Positions 36,851-50,000 of a DNA stretch of 64,000 bases are shown one piece after another. The notes beneath the pieces are model-generated. The model made no database searches and had not been told where the DNA came from. It saw nothing but the letters and a program-made list of their open reading frames with translations. Position 1 is the stretch's first letter, and the number at the start of each line of letters is the position of its first letter. The stretch spans positions 135,160,001-135,224,000 of the forward strand of contig OZ024744.1 of assembly GCA_964016885.1 (NCBI GenBank), in the 5' to 3' direction. The position numbers and the translations under genes are program-made. This stretch comes from Eledone cirrhosa (Eukaryota).

Positions 36851-38899
36851 AAGTTAAGTTGGGGTTAAATTAAGTTGGAGTTAAGTTAAGTTGGGGTTAA
36901 GTTAAGTTGGGGTTAAGTTAAGTTGGGGGTAAGTTAAGTTGGTGGTAAATTAAGTTGGGGGTAAGTTAAGATGGGGTTAAGTTAAGTTGGGGTTAAATTA
37001 AGTTGGGGTTAAATTAAGTTGGGGTTAAGTTAAGTTGGGGGTAAGTTAAGTTGGGGGCAAGTTAAGTTGGGGTTAAGTTAAGTTGGGGTTAAATTAAGTT
37101 GGGGTTAAGTTAAGTGGTGGTTATGTTAAGTTGGGGTTAAGTTAATTTGGGGTTAAGTTAGGGTTAAGTTAAGTTGGGGTTGAGTTAAGTTGGGGTTAAG
37201 TTAAGTTGGGGTTAAGTTAAGTTGGGGTTAATTTAAGTTGGGGTTAAGTTAAGTTGGGGTTAAGTTAAGTTGGGGTTAAGTTAAGTTGGGGTTAAATTAA
37301 GTTGGGGTTAAGTTAATTTAGGGTTAAGTTATGGTTAAGTTAAGTTGGGGTTGAGTTAAGTTGGGGTTAAGTTAAGTTGGGGTTATGTTGAGTTGGGGTT
37401 CAGTTAAGTTGCGGTTAATTTAAGTTGGGGTTAAGTTAAGTTGGGGTTAAGTTAAGTTGGGGTTAAGTTAAGTTGGGGTTAAGATAAGTTGGGGTTAAGT
37501 TAAGTTGGGGTTAAGTTAGGTTGTGGTTCAGTTAAGTTGGGGGTAAGTTAAGTTGGGGTTAAGTTAGATTGTGGTTAAGTTAAGTTGGGGTTAAGTTAAG
37601 TTGGGGTTAAGTTAAGTTGGGGTTAAGTTAAGTTGGGGTTAAGTTAAATTGGCGTTAAGTTAAGTTGGGGTAAAGTTAAGTTGGGGTAAGTTAAGTTGGG
37701 GTTAAGTTAAGGCGGGGTTAAGTTGAGTTGGGGTTGAGTTAATTTGGGGTTAACTTAAGTTGGGGGTACTTAGGGTGGGTTTAAGTTAAGTGGGGTTAAA
37801 TTAAGTTGGGGTTAAGTTAAGTTGGGGTTAAGTTAAGTTGGAGTTAAGTTAAGTTGGGGTTAAGTTAAGTTGGGGTTAAGTTAAGTTGGGGGTAAGTTAA
37901 GTTGGTGGTAAGTTAAGTTGGGGGTAAGTTAAGATGGGGTTAAGTTAAGTTGGGGTTAAGTTAATTTGGGGTTAAGTTAGGGTTAAGTTAAGTTGGGTTG
38001 ATTTAAGTTGGGGTTAAGTTAAGTTGGGGTTATGTTAAGTTGGGGTTAAGTTAAGTCGGGGTTAAGTTGAGTTGGGGTTCAGTTAAGTTGCGGTTAAGTT
38101 AAGTTGGGGTTAAGTTAAGTTGGGGTTAAGTTAAGTTGGGGTTAAGTTAAGGCGGGGTTAAGTTGAGTTGGGGTTGAGTTAATTTGGGGTTAACTTAAGT
38201 TGGGGGTACTTAAGGTGGGTTTAAGTTAAGTGGGGTTAAATTAAGTTGGGGTTAAGTTAAGTTGGGGTTAAATTAAGTTGGAGTTAAGTTAAGTTGGGGT
38301 TAAGTTAAGTTGGGGTTAAGTTAAGTTGGGGGTAAGTTAAGTTGGTGGTAAGTTAAGTTGGGGGTAAGTTAAGATGGGGTTAAGTTAAGTTGGGGTTAAG
38401 TTAATTTGGGGTTAAGTTAGGGTTAAGTTAAGTTGGGTTGATTTAAGTTGGGGTTAAGTTAAGTTGGGGTTATGTTAAGTTGGGGTTAAGTTAAGTCGGG
38501 GTTAAGTTGAGTTGGGGTTCAGTTAAGTTGCGGTTAAGTTAAGTTGGGGTTAAGTTAAGTTGGGGTTAAGTTAAGTTGGGGTTACTTTAAGTTGGGGTTA
38601 AGTTAAGTTGGGGTTAAGTTAAGTTGGGGTTAAGTTAAGTTGGGGTTAAGTTAAGTTGCGGTTAAATTAAGTTGGGGTTAAGTTAATTTGGGGTTAAGTT
38701 AAGTTGGGGTTAAGATAAGTTGGGGTTAAGTTAAGTAGGGGTTGAGTTAAGTTGGGGTTGAGTTAATTTGGGGTTAACTTAAGTTGGGGGTACTTAAGTT
38801 GGGTTTAAGTTAAGTGGAGTTAAGTTAAGTTGGGGTTAAGTTAAGTTGGGGTTAAGTTAAATTGGCGTTAAGTTAAGTTGGGGTAAAGTTAAGTTGGGG

Positions 38900-41800
38900 T
38901 TAAGTTAAGTTGGGGTTAAGTTAGATTGTGGTTAAGTTAAGTTGGGGTTAAGTTAAGTTGGGGTTAAGTTAAGTTGGGGTTAAGTTAAGTTGGGGTTAAG
39001 TTAAATTGGCGTTAAGTTAAGTTGGGGTAAAGTTAAGTTGGGGTTAAGTTAAGTTGGGGTTAAGTTAGATTGTGGTTAAGTTAAGTTGGGGTTAAGTTAA
39101 GTTGGGGTTAAGTTAAGGCGGGGTTAAGTTGAGTTGGGGTTGAGTTAATTTGGGGTTAACTTAAGTTGGGGGTACTTAAGGTGGGTTTAAGTTAAGTGGG
39201 GTTAAATTAAGTTGGGGTTAAGTTAAGTTGGGGTTAAATTAAGTTGGAGTTAAGTTAAGTTGGGGTTAAGTTAAGTTGGGGTTAAGTTAAGTTGGGGGTA
39301 AGTTAAGTTGGTGGTAAGTTAAGTTGGGGGTAAGTTAAGATGGGGTTAAGTTAAGTTGGGGTTAAGTTAATTTGGGGTTAAGTTAGGGTTAAGTTAAGTT
39401 GGGTTGATTTAAGTTGGGGTTAAGTTAAGTTGGGGTTATGTTAAGTTGGGGTTAAGTTAAGTCGGGGTTAAGTTGAGTTGGGGTTCAGTTAAGTTGCGGT
39501 TAAGTTAAGTTGGGGTTAAGTTAAGTTGGGGTTAAGTTAAGTTGGGGTTACTTTAAGTTGGGGTTAAGTTAAGTTGGGGTTAAGTTAAGTTGGGGTTAAG
39601 TTAAGTTGGGGTTAAGTTAAGTTGCGGTTAAATTAAGTTGGGGTTAAGTTAATTTGGGGTTAAGTTAAGTTGGGGTTAAGATAAGTTGGGGTTAAGTTAA
39701 GTAGGGGTTGAGTTAAGTTGGGGTTGAGTTAATTTGGGGTTAACTTAAGTTGGGGGTACTTAAGTTGGGTTTAAGTTAAGTGGAGTTAAGTTAAGTTGGG
39801 GTTAAGTTAAGTTGGGGTTAAGTTAGGATGTGGTTAAGTTAAGTTGGGGTAAGTTAAGTTGGGGGTAAGTTAAGTTGGGGTTAATTTAAGTTGGGTCTAA
39901 TTAAGTTGGGGTTAAGTTAAGTTGGGGTTAAGTTAAGTTGGGGTTAAATTAAGTTGGGGTTAATTTAAGTTGGGTCTAATTAAGTTGGGGTTAAGTTAAG
40001 TTGGGGTTAAGTTAAGTTGGGGTTAAGTTAAGTTGGGGGTAAGTTAAGTTGGTGGTAAGTTAAGTTGGGGGTAAGTTAAGATGGGGTTAAGTTAAGTTGG
40101 GGTTAAGTTAATTTGGGGTTAAGTTAGGGTTAAGTTAAGTTGGGGTTGAGTTAAGTTGGGGTTAAGTTAAGTTGGGGTTATGTTAAGTTGGGGTTAAATT
40201 AAGTTGGGGTTAAGTTAAGTTGGGGCTAAGTTAAGTTGGGGCTGAGTTAAGTTGGGGCTGAGTTACGTTGGGGTTAAGTTAAGTTGGGGTTAAGTTAAGT
40301 TGGGATTAAGTTAAGTTGGGGTTAAGTTAAGTTGGGGTTGAGTTAAGTTGGGGTTCAGTTAAGTTGGGGTTAAGTTAAGTTGGGGTTAAGATGGGGTTAA
40401 ATTAAGTTGGGGTTAAGTTAAGTTGGGGTTAAGTTAAGTTGGGGTTAAGTTAAGTTGGGGTTAAGTTAAGTCGGGGTTAAGTTAAGTCGGGGTTAAGTTA
40501 AGTTAGGGTTAAGTTAAGTTGGAGTTAAGTTAAGTTGGGGTTGAGTTAAGTTGGGATTGAGTTAAATTGGAGTGGAGTTAAGTTGGGGTTGCGTTAAGTT
40601 GGTGTTGAGTTAAGTTGGGGTTAAGTTAAGTTGGGGTTTAGTTAAGTTGGGGTTAAGTTGGGGTTAAGTTAAGTTGGGGTTAAGTTAAGTTGGTGTTAAG
40701 TTAAGTTGGGGCTAAGTTAAGTTGGGGCTGAGTTAAGTTGGGGCTGAGTTAAGTTGGGGTTAAGTTAAGTTGGGGTTGAGTTAAGTTGGGGTTAAGTTAA
40801 GTTTGGGTTAAGTTAAGTTGGGGTTAAGTTAAGTTGGGGTTAAGTTAAGTTGGGGTTTAGTTAAGTTGGGGTTCAGTTAAGTTGGGGTTAAGTTAAGTTT
40901 GGGTTAAGTTGGGGTTAAATTAAGTTGGGGTTAAGTTAAGTTGGGGTTTAGTTAAGTTGGGGTTAAGTTAAGTTGGGGTTAATTTAAGTTGGGGTTAAGT
41001 TAAGTTGCGGGTAATTTAAGTTGGGGTTAAGTTAAGTTGGGGTTAAATTAAGTTGGAGTTAAGTTAAGTTGGGGTTAAGTTAAGTTGGGGTTAAGTTAAG
41101 TTGGGGGTAAGTTAAGTTGGTGGTAAGTTAAGTTGGGGGTAAGTTAAGATGGGGTTAAGTTAAGTTGGGGTTAAATTAAGTTGGGGTTAAATTAAGTTGG
41201 GGTTAAGTTAAGTTGGGGGTAAGTTAAGTTGGGGGCAAGTTAAGTTGGGGTTAAGTTAAGTTGGGGTTAAATTAAGTTGGGGTTAAGTTAAGTGGTGGTT
41301 ATGTTAAGTTGGGGTTAAGTTAATTTGGGGTTAAGTTAGGGTTAAGTTAAGTTGGGGTTGAGTTAAGTTGGGGTTAAGTTAAGTTGGGGTTATGTTGAGT
41401 TGGGGTTCAGTTAAGTTGCGGTTAATTTAAGTTGGGGTTAAGTTAAGTTGGGGTTAAGTTAAGTTGGGGTTAAGTTAAGTTGGGGTTAAGATAAGTTGGG
41501 GTTAAGTTAAGTTGGGGTTAAGTTAGGTTGTGGTTAAGTTAAGTTGGGGGTAAGTTAAGTTGGGGTTAAGTTAGATTGTGGTTAAGTTAAGTTGGGGTTA
41601 AGTTAAGTTGGGGTTAAGTTAAGTTGGGGTTAAGTTAAGTTGGGGTTAAGTTAAATTGGCGTTAAGTTAAGTTGGGGTAAAGTTAAGTTGGGGTTAAGTT
41701 AAGTTGGGGTTAAGTTAGATTGTGGTTAAGTTAAGTTGGGGTTAAGTTAAGTTGGGGTTAAGTTAAGGCGGGGTTAAGTTGAGTTGGGGTTGAGTTAATT

Positions 41801-44020
41801 TGGGGTTAACTTAAGTTGGGGGTACTTAAGGTGGGTTTAAGTTAAGTGGGGTTAAATTAAGTTGGGGTTAAGTTAAGTTGGGGTTAAATTAAGTTGGAGT
41901 TAAGTTAAGTTGGGGTTAAGTTAAGTTGGGGTTAAGTTAAGTTGGGGGTAAGTTAAGTTGGTGGTAAGTTAAGTTGGGGGTAAGTTAAGATGGGGTTAAG
42001 TTAAGTTGGGGTTAAGTTAATTTGGGGTTAAGTTAGGGTTAAGTTAAGTTGGGTTGATTTAAGTTGGGGTTAAGTTAAGTTGGGGTTATGTTAAGTTGGG
42101 GTTAAGTTAAGTCGGGGTTAAGTTGAGTTGGGGTTCAGTTAAGTTGCGGTTAAGTTAAGTTGGGGTTAAGTTAAGTTGGGGTTAAGTTAAGTTGGGGTTA
42201 CTTTAAGTTGGGGTTAAGTTAAGTTGGGGTTAAGTTAAGTTGGGGTTAAGTTAAGTTGGGGTTAAGTTAAGTTGCGGTTAAATTAAGTTGGGGTTAAGTT
42301 AATTTGGGGTTAAGTTAAGTTGGGGTTAAGATAAGTTGGGGTTAAGTTAAGTAGGGGTTGAGTTAAGTTGGGGTTGAGTTAATTTGGGGTTAACTTAAGT
42401 TGGGGGTACTTAAGTTGGGTTTAAGTTAAGTGGAGTTAAGTTAAGTTGGGGTTAAGTTAAGTTGGGGTTAAGTTAGGATGTGGTTAAGTTAAGTTGGGGT
42501 AAGTTAAGTTGGGGGTAAGTTAAGTTGGGGTTAATTTAAGTTGGGTCTAATTAAGTTGGGGTTAAGTTAAGTTGGGGTTAAGTTAAGTTGGGGTTAAATT
42601 AAGTTGGCGTTAAGTTAAGTTGGGGCTAAATTAAGTTTGGGTTAATTAAGTTGGGGTTAAGTTAAGTTGGGGTTAAGTTAAGTTGGGGTTAAGTTAAGTT
42701 GGGGGTAAGTTAAGTTGGTGGTAAGTTAAGTTGGGGGTAAGTTAAGATGGGGTTAAGTTAAGTTGGGGTTAAGTTAATTTGGGGTTAAGTTAGGGTTAAG
42801 TTAAGTTGGGGTTGAGTTAAGTTGGGGTTAAGTTAAGTTGGGGTTATGTTAAGTTGGGGTTAAATTAAGTTGGGGTTAAGTTAAGTTGGGGCTAAGTTAA
42901 GTTGGGGCTGAGTTAAGTTGGGGCTGAGTTAAGTTGGGGTTAAGTTAAGTTGGGGTTAAGTTAAGTTGGGGTTAAGTTAAGTTGGGGTTAAGTTAAGTTG
43001 GGGTTGAGTTAAGTTGGGGTTCAGTTAAGTTGGGGTTAAGTTAAGTTGGGGTTAAGATGGGGTTAAGTTAAGTTGGGGTTAAGTTAAGTTGGGGTTAAGT
43101 TAAGTTGGGGTTAAGTTAAGTCGGGGTTAAGTTAAGTCGAGGTTAAGTTAAGTTAGGGTTAAGTTAAGTTGGAGTTAAGTTAAGTTGGGGTTGAGTTAAG
43201 TTGGGATTGAGTTAAATTGGGGTGGAGTTAAGTTGGGGTTGCGTTAAGTTGGTGTTGAGTTAAGTTGGGGTTAAGTTAAGTTGGGGTTAAGTTAAGTTGG
43301 GGTTAAGTTGGGGTTAAGTTAAGTTGGGGTTAAGTTAAGTTGGTGTTAAGTTAAGTTGGGGCTAAGTTAAGTTGGGGCTGAGTTAAGTTGGGGCTGAGTT
43401 AAGTTGGGGTTAAGTTAAGTTGGGGTTGAGTTAAGATGGGGTTAAGTTAAGTTTGGGTTAAGTTAAGTTGGGGTTAAGTTAAGTTGGGGTTAAGTTAAGT
43501 TGGGGTTTAGTTAAGTTGGGGTTCAGTTAAGTTGGGGTTAAGTTAAGTTTGGGTTAAGTTGGGGTTAAATTAAGTTGGGGTTAAGTTAAGTTGGGGTTTA
43601 GTTAAGTTGGAGTTAAGTTAAGTTGGGGTTAATTTAAGTTGGGGTTAAGTTAAGTTGCGGGTAATTTAAGTTGGGTTTAAGTTAAGTTGGGGTTAAATTA
43701 AGTTGGAGTTAAGTTAAGTTGGGGTTAAGTTAAGTTGGGGTTAAGTTAAGTTGGGGGTAAGTTAAGTTGGTGGTAAGTTAAGTTGGGGGTAAGTTAAGAT
43801 GGGGTTAAGTTAAGTTGGGGTTAAATTAAGTTGGGGTTAAATTAAGTTGGGGTTAAGTTAAGTTGGGGGTAAGTTAAGTTGGGGGCAAGTTAAGTTGGGG
43901 TTAAGTTAAGTTGGGGTTAAATTAAGTTGGGGTTAAGTTAAGTGGTGGTTATGTTAAGTTGGGGTTAAGTTAATTTGGGGTTAAGTTAGGGTTAAGTTAA
44001 GTTGGGGTTGAGTTAAGTTG
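38900..44020 (+). repeat. 2650-bp tandem duplication
   Basis: TAAGTTAGAT at 39061/41711, TTGGGATTGAG at 40556/43206 and AGTGGTGG at 41291/43941 all give offset 2650. Confidence 0.8.
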
Positions 44021-47000
44021 GGGTTTAGTTAAGTTGGGGTTAATTTAAGTTGGGGTTAATTTAAGTTGGGGTTAAGTTAAGTTGGGGTTAAGTTAAGTTG
44101 GGGTTAAATTAAGTTGGGGTTAAGTTAATTTAGGGTTAAGTTATGGTTAAGTTAAGTTGGGGTTGAGTTAAGTTGGGGGTAAGTTAAGTTGGGGTTAAGT
44201 TAGATTGTGGTTAAGTTAAGTTGGGGTTAAGTTAAGTTGGGGTTAAGTTAAGTTGGGGTTAAGTTAGGTTGTGGTTAAGTTAAGTTGGGGGTAAGTTAAG
44301 TTGGGGTTAAGTTAGATTGTGGTTAAGTTAAGTTGGGGTTAAGTTAAGTTGGGGTTAAGTTAAGTTGGGGTTAAGTTAAGTTGGGGTTAAGTTAAATTGG
44401 CGTTAAGTTAAGTTGGGGTTAAGTTAAGTTGGGGTTAAGTTAAGGCGGGGTTAAGTTGAGTTGGGGTTGAGTTAATTTGGGGTTAACTTAAGTTGGGGGT
44501 ACTTAAGGTGGGTTTAAGTTAAGTGGGGTTAAGTTAAGTTGGGGTTTAGATAAGTTGGGGTTAAGTTAAGTTGGGGTTAAGTTAGGTTGTGGTTAAGTTA
44601 AGTTGGGGGTAAGTTAAGTTGGGGGTAAGTTAAGTTGGGGTTAATTTAAGTTGGGTCTAATTAAGTTGGGGTTAAGTTAAGTTGGGGTTAAGTTAAGTTG
44701 GGGTTGAGTTAATTTGGGGTTAACTTAAGTTGGGGGTACTTAAGTTGGGTTTAAGTTAAGTGGGGTTAAGTTAAGTTGGGGTTAAGTTAAGTTGGGGTTA
44801 AGTTAAGTTGGGGTTAAGTTAATTTGGGGTTAAGTTATGGTTAAGTTAAGTTGGGGTTGAGTTAAGTTGGGGTTAAGTTGGGGTTATGTTAAGTTGGGGT
44901 TAAGTTAAGTTGGGGTTAAGTTGAGTTGGGGTTCAGTTAAGTTGCGGTTAATTTAAGTTGGGGTTAAGTTAAGTTGGGGTTAAGTTAAGTTGGGGTTAAG
45001 TTAAGTTGGGGTTAATTTAAGTTGGGGTTAAGTTAAGTTGGGGTTAAGTTAAGTTGGGGTTAAGTTAAGTTGGGGTTAAGTTAAGTTGGGGTTAAATTAA
45101 ATTGGGGTTAAGTTAAGTTGGGGTTAAGTTAAGTTGGGGTTAAGATAAGTTGGGGTTAAGTTAAGTTGGGGTTGAGTTAAGTTGGGGTTGAGTTAATTTG
45201 GGGTTAACTTAAGTTGGGGGTACTTAAGTTGGGTTTAAGTTAAGTGGTGTTAAGTTAAGTTGGGGTTAAGTTAAGTTGGGCTGAGTTAAGTTGGGGCTGA
45301 GTTAAGTTGGGGTTAAGTTAAGTTGGGGTTGAGTTAAGTTGGGGTTTAGTTAAGTTGGGGTTCAGTTAAGTTGGGGTTAAGTTAAGTTTGGGTTAAGTTG
45401 GGGTTAAATTGAGTTGGGGTTAAGTTAAGTTGGGGTTTAGTTAAGTTGGGGTTAAGTTAAGTTGGGGTTAATTTAAGTTGGGGTTAAGTTAAGTTGCGGG
45501 TAATTTAAGTTGGGGTTAAGTTAAGTTGGGGTTAAGTTAAGTTGGGGTTAAGTTAAGTTGGGGTTAAGTTAAGTTGGGGGTAAGTTAAGTTGGGGGTAAG
45601 TTAAGTTGGGGGTAAGTTAAGTTGGGGTTAAGTTAAGTTAGGGTTAAGTTAAGTTGGGGTTGAGTTAAGTTGGGGTTAAGTTAAGTTGGGGTTATGTTAA
45701 GTTGGGGTTAAGTTAAGTTGCGGTTAAGTTAAGGTGGGGTTAAGTTAAGTTGGGCTTAAGTTAACTTGGGGTTAAGTTAAGTTGGGGTTAAGTTAAGTTG
45801 GGGTTAAGTTAAGTTGGGGTTAAGTTAGATTGTGGTTAAGTTAAGTTGGGGTTAAGTTAAGTTGGGGTTAAGTTAAGTTGGGGTTAAGTTAAGGCGGGGT
45901 TAAGTTGAGTTGGGGTTAAGTTAAGTTGGGGTTAAGTTAAGTTGGGGTTGAGTTAATTTGGGGTTAACTTAAGTTGGGGGTACTTAAGTTGTGTTTAAGT
46001 TAAGTGGGGTTAATTTAAGTTGGGGTTAAGTTAAGTTGGGGTTAAGTTAAGTTGGGGTTAAGTTAGGTTGTGGTTAAGTTAAGTTGGGGGTAAGTTAAGT
46101 TGGGGGTAAATTAAGTTGGGGTTAATTTAAGTTGGGTCTAATTAAGTTGGGGTTAAGTTAAGTTGGGGTTAAGTTAAGTTGGGGTTGAGTTAATTTGGGG
46201 TTAACTTAAGTTGGGGGTACTTAAGTTGGGTTTAAGTTAAGTGAGGTTAAGTTAAGTTGGGGTTAAGTTAAGTTGGGGTTAAGTTAAGTTGGGGGTAAGT
46301 TAAGTTGGGGGTAAGTTAAGTTGGGGTTAATTTAAGTTGGGTCAAATTAAGTTGGGGTTAAGTTAAGTTGGAGTTAAGTTAAGTTGGGGTTAAATTAAGT
46401 TGGGGTTAAGTTAAGTTGGGGTTAAATTAAGTTGGGTTTAAGTTAAGTTGGGGTTAAGTTAAGTTGGGGTTAAGTTAAGTTGGGGTTGAGTTAAGTTGGG
46501 GTTGAGTTAATTTGGGGTTAACTTAAGTTGGGGGTACTTAAGTTGGGTTTAAGTTAAGTGGGTTTAAGTTAAGTTGGGGTTAAGTTAAGTTGGGGTTAAG
46601 TTAAGTTGGGGTTAAGTTAGGATGTGGTTAAGTTAAGTTGGGGGTAAGTTAAGTTGGGGGTAAGTTAAGTTGGGGTTAATTTAAGTTGGGTCTAATTAAG
46701 TTGGGGTTAAGTTAAGTTGGGGTTAAGTTAAGTTGGGGTTAAATTAAGTTGGGGATAAGTTAAGTTGGGGTTAAGTTAAGTTGGGGGTAAGGTAAGTTGG
46801 TGGTAAGTTAAGTTGGGGGTAAGTTAAGATGGGGTTAAGTTAAGTTTGGGTTAAGTTAATTTGGGGTTAAGTTAGGGTTAAGTTAAGTTGGGGTTGAGTT
46901 AAGTTGGGGTTAAGTTAAGTTGGGGTTATGTTAAGTTGGGGTTAAGTTAAGTTGGGGTTAAGTTGAGTTGGGGTTGAGTTAAGTTGCGGTTAAGTTAAGT

Positions 47001-50000
47001 TGGGGTTAAGTTAAGTTGGGGTTAAGTTAAGTTGGGGTTAAGTTAAGTTGGGGTTAATTTAAGTTGGGGTTAAGTCAAGTTGGGGTTAAGTTAAGTTGGG
47101 GTTAAGTTAAGTTGGGGTTTAGTTAAGTTGGGGTTAAATTAAGTTGGGGTTAAGTTAAGTTGGGGTTAAGTTAAGTTGGGGTTAAGATAAGTTGGGGTTA
47201 AGTTAAGTTGGGGTTGAGATAAGTTGGGGTTGAGTTAATTTGGGGTTAACTTAAGTTGGGGTTAAGTTAAGTTGGGGTTAACTTAAGTTGGGGGTAAGTT
47301 AAGTTGGGGGTAAGTTAAGTTGGGGTTAATTTAAGTTGGGTCTAATTAAGTTCGGGTTAAGTTAAGTTGGAGTTAAGTTAAGTTGGGGTTAAATTAAGTT
47401 GGGGTTAAGTTAAGTTGGGGTTAAGTTAAGTTGGGGTTAAGTTAAGTTGGGGTTAAGTTGGGGGTAAGTTAAGTTGGTGGTAAGTTAAGTTGGGGTAAGT
47501 TAAGTTGGGGTTAAGTTAAGTTGGGGTTAAGTTAATTTGGGGTTAAGTTAGGGTTAAGTTAAGTTGGGGTTGAGTTAAGTTGGGGTTAAGTTAAGTTGGG
47601 GTTATGTTAAGTTGGGGTTAAGTTAAGTTGGGGTTAAGTTAAGTTGGGGTTAATTTAAGTTGGTGTTAAGTTAAGTTGGGGCTAAGTTAAGTTGGGGCTG
47701 AGTTAAGTTGGGGCTGAGTTAAGTTGGGGTTGAGTTAAGTTGGGGTTAATTTAAGTTGTGGTTGAGTTAAGTTGGGGTTAAGTTAAGTTGGGGTTAAGTT
47801 AAGTTGGGGTTCAGTTAAGTTGGGGTTAAGTTAAGTTGGGGTTAAGATGGGGTTAAATTAAGTTGGGGTTAAGTTAAGTTGGGGTAAGTTAAGTTGGGGT
47901 TAAGTTAAGTTAGGGTTAAGTTAAGTCGGCGTTAAGTTAAGTCGGGGTTAAGTTAAGTTAGGGTTAAGTTAATTTGGGGTTAAGTTAAGTTGGGGTTGAG
48001 TTAAGTTGGGGTTGAGTTAAATTGGGGTGGAGTTAAGTTGGGGTTGAGTTAAGTTGGTGTTGAGTTAAGTTGGGGTTAAGTTAAGTTGGGGTTAAGTTAA
48101 GTTGCAGTTAAGTTAAGTTGAGGTTAAGTTAAGTTGGGGTTAAGTTAAGTTGGGGTTAAGTTAAGTTGGGGCTTAGTTAAGTTGGGGCTAAGTTAAGTTG
48201 GGGCTAAGTTAAGTTGGGGTTCAGTTAATTTGGGGTTAAGTTAAGTTTGGGTTAAGTTGGGGTTAAATTAAGTTGGGGTTAAGTTAAGTTGGGGTTTAGT
48301 TAAGTTGGGGTTAAGTTAAGTTGGGGTTAAGTTAAGTTGGGGGTGAGTTAAGTTGGGGGTAAGTTAAGTTGGGGGTAAGTTAAGTTGGGGTTAAGTTAAG
48401 TTAGGGTTAAGTTAAGTTGGGGTTGAGTTAAGTTGGGGTTAAGTTAAGTTGGGGTTATGTTAAGTTGGGGTTAAGTTAAGTTGCGGTTAAGTTAAGTTGG
48501 GGTTAAGTTAAGTTGGGGTTAAGTTAACTTGGGGTTAAGTTAAGTTGGGGTTAAGTTAAGTTGGGGTTAAGTTAAGTTGGGGTTAAGTTAGATTGTGGTT
48601 AAGTTAAGTGGGGTTAAATTAAGTTGGGGTTAAGTTAAGTTGGGGTTAAGTTAAGGCGGGGTTAAGTTGAGTTGGGGTTAAGTTAAGTTGGGGTTGAGTT
48701 ATTTTGGGGTTAACTTAAGTTGGGGGTACTTAAGTTGGGTTGAAGTTAAGTGGGGTTAAGTTAAGTTGGGGTTAAATTAAGTTGGGGTTAAGTTAAGTTG
48801 GGGTTAAGTTAGGTTGTGGTTAAGTTAAGTTGGGGTTAAGTTAAGTTGGGGTAAGTTAAGTTGGGGGTAAGTTAAGTTGGGGGTCAGTTAAGTTGGGGTT
48901 AATTTAAGTTGGGTCAAATTAAGTTGGGGTTAAGTTAAGTTGGAGTTAAGTTAAGTTGGGGTTAAATTAAGTTGGGGTTAAGTTAAGTTGGGGTTAAGTT
49001 AAGTTGGGGTTAAATTAAGTTGGGGGTAAGTTAAGTTGGGGTTAAGTTAATTTGGGGTTAAGTTAGGGTTAAGTTAAGTTGGGGTTGAGTTAAGTTGGGG
49101 TTAAGTTAAGTTGGGGTTATGTTAAGTTGGGGTTGAGTTAAGTTGGGGTTAAGTTGAGTTGGGGTTCAGTTAAGTTGCGGTTAAGTTAAGTTGGGGTTAA
49201 GTTAAGTTGGGGTTAAGTTAAGTTGGGGTTAATTTAAGTTGGGGTTAAGTTAAGTTGGGGTTAAGTTAAGTTGGGGTTAAGTTAAGTTGGGGTTAAGTTA
49301 AGTTGGTGTTAAGTTAAGTTGGGGCTAAGTTAAGTTGGGGCTGAGTTAAGTTGGGGCTGAGTTAAGTTGGGGTTAAGTTAAGTTGGGGTTGAGTTAAGTT
49401 GGGGTTAAGTTAAGTTGGGGTTAAGTTAAGTTGGGGTTAAGTTAAGTTGGGGTTAAGTTAAGTTGGGGTTTAGTTAAGTTGGGGTTCAGTTAAGTTGGAG
49501 TTAAGTTAAGTGTGGGTTAAGTTGGGGTTAAATTAAGTTGGGGTTAAGTTAAGTTGGGGTTTAGTTAAGTTGGGGTTAAGTTAAGTTGGGGTTAATGTAA
49601 GTTGGGGTTAAGTTAAGTTGCGGGTAATTTAAGTTGGGGTTGAGTTAAGTTGGGGTTAAGTTAAGTTGGGGTTATGTTAAGTTGGGGTTAAGTTAAGTTG
49701 CGGTTAAGTTAAGTTGGGGTTAAGTTAAGTTGGGGTTAATTTAACTTGGGCTTAAGTTAAGTTGGGGTTAAGTTAAGTTGGGGTTAAGTTAAGTTGGGGT
49801 TAAGTTAGATTGTGGTTAAGTTAAGTTGGGGTTAAGTTAAGTTGGGGTTAAGTTAAGTTGGGGTTAAGTTAAGTTGGGGTTAAGTTAAGGCGGGGTTAAT
49901 TTGAGTTGGGGTTAAGTTAAGTTGGTGTTAAGTTAAGTTGGGGTTGAATTAATTTGGGGTTAACTTAAGTTGGGGGTACTTAAGTTGGGTTTAAGTTAAG

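Noticed and set aside
38860-39070. 144-bp duplication as evidence of nucleosome-length periodicity
   Set aside because: It is a single nine-monomer event among many different offsets, and I saw no general 144-160 bp period.
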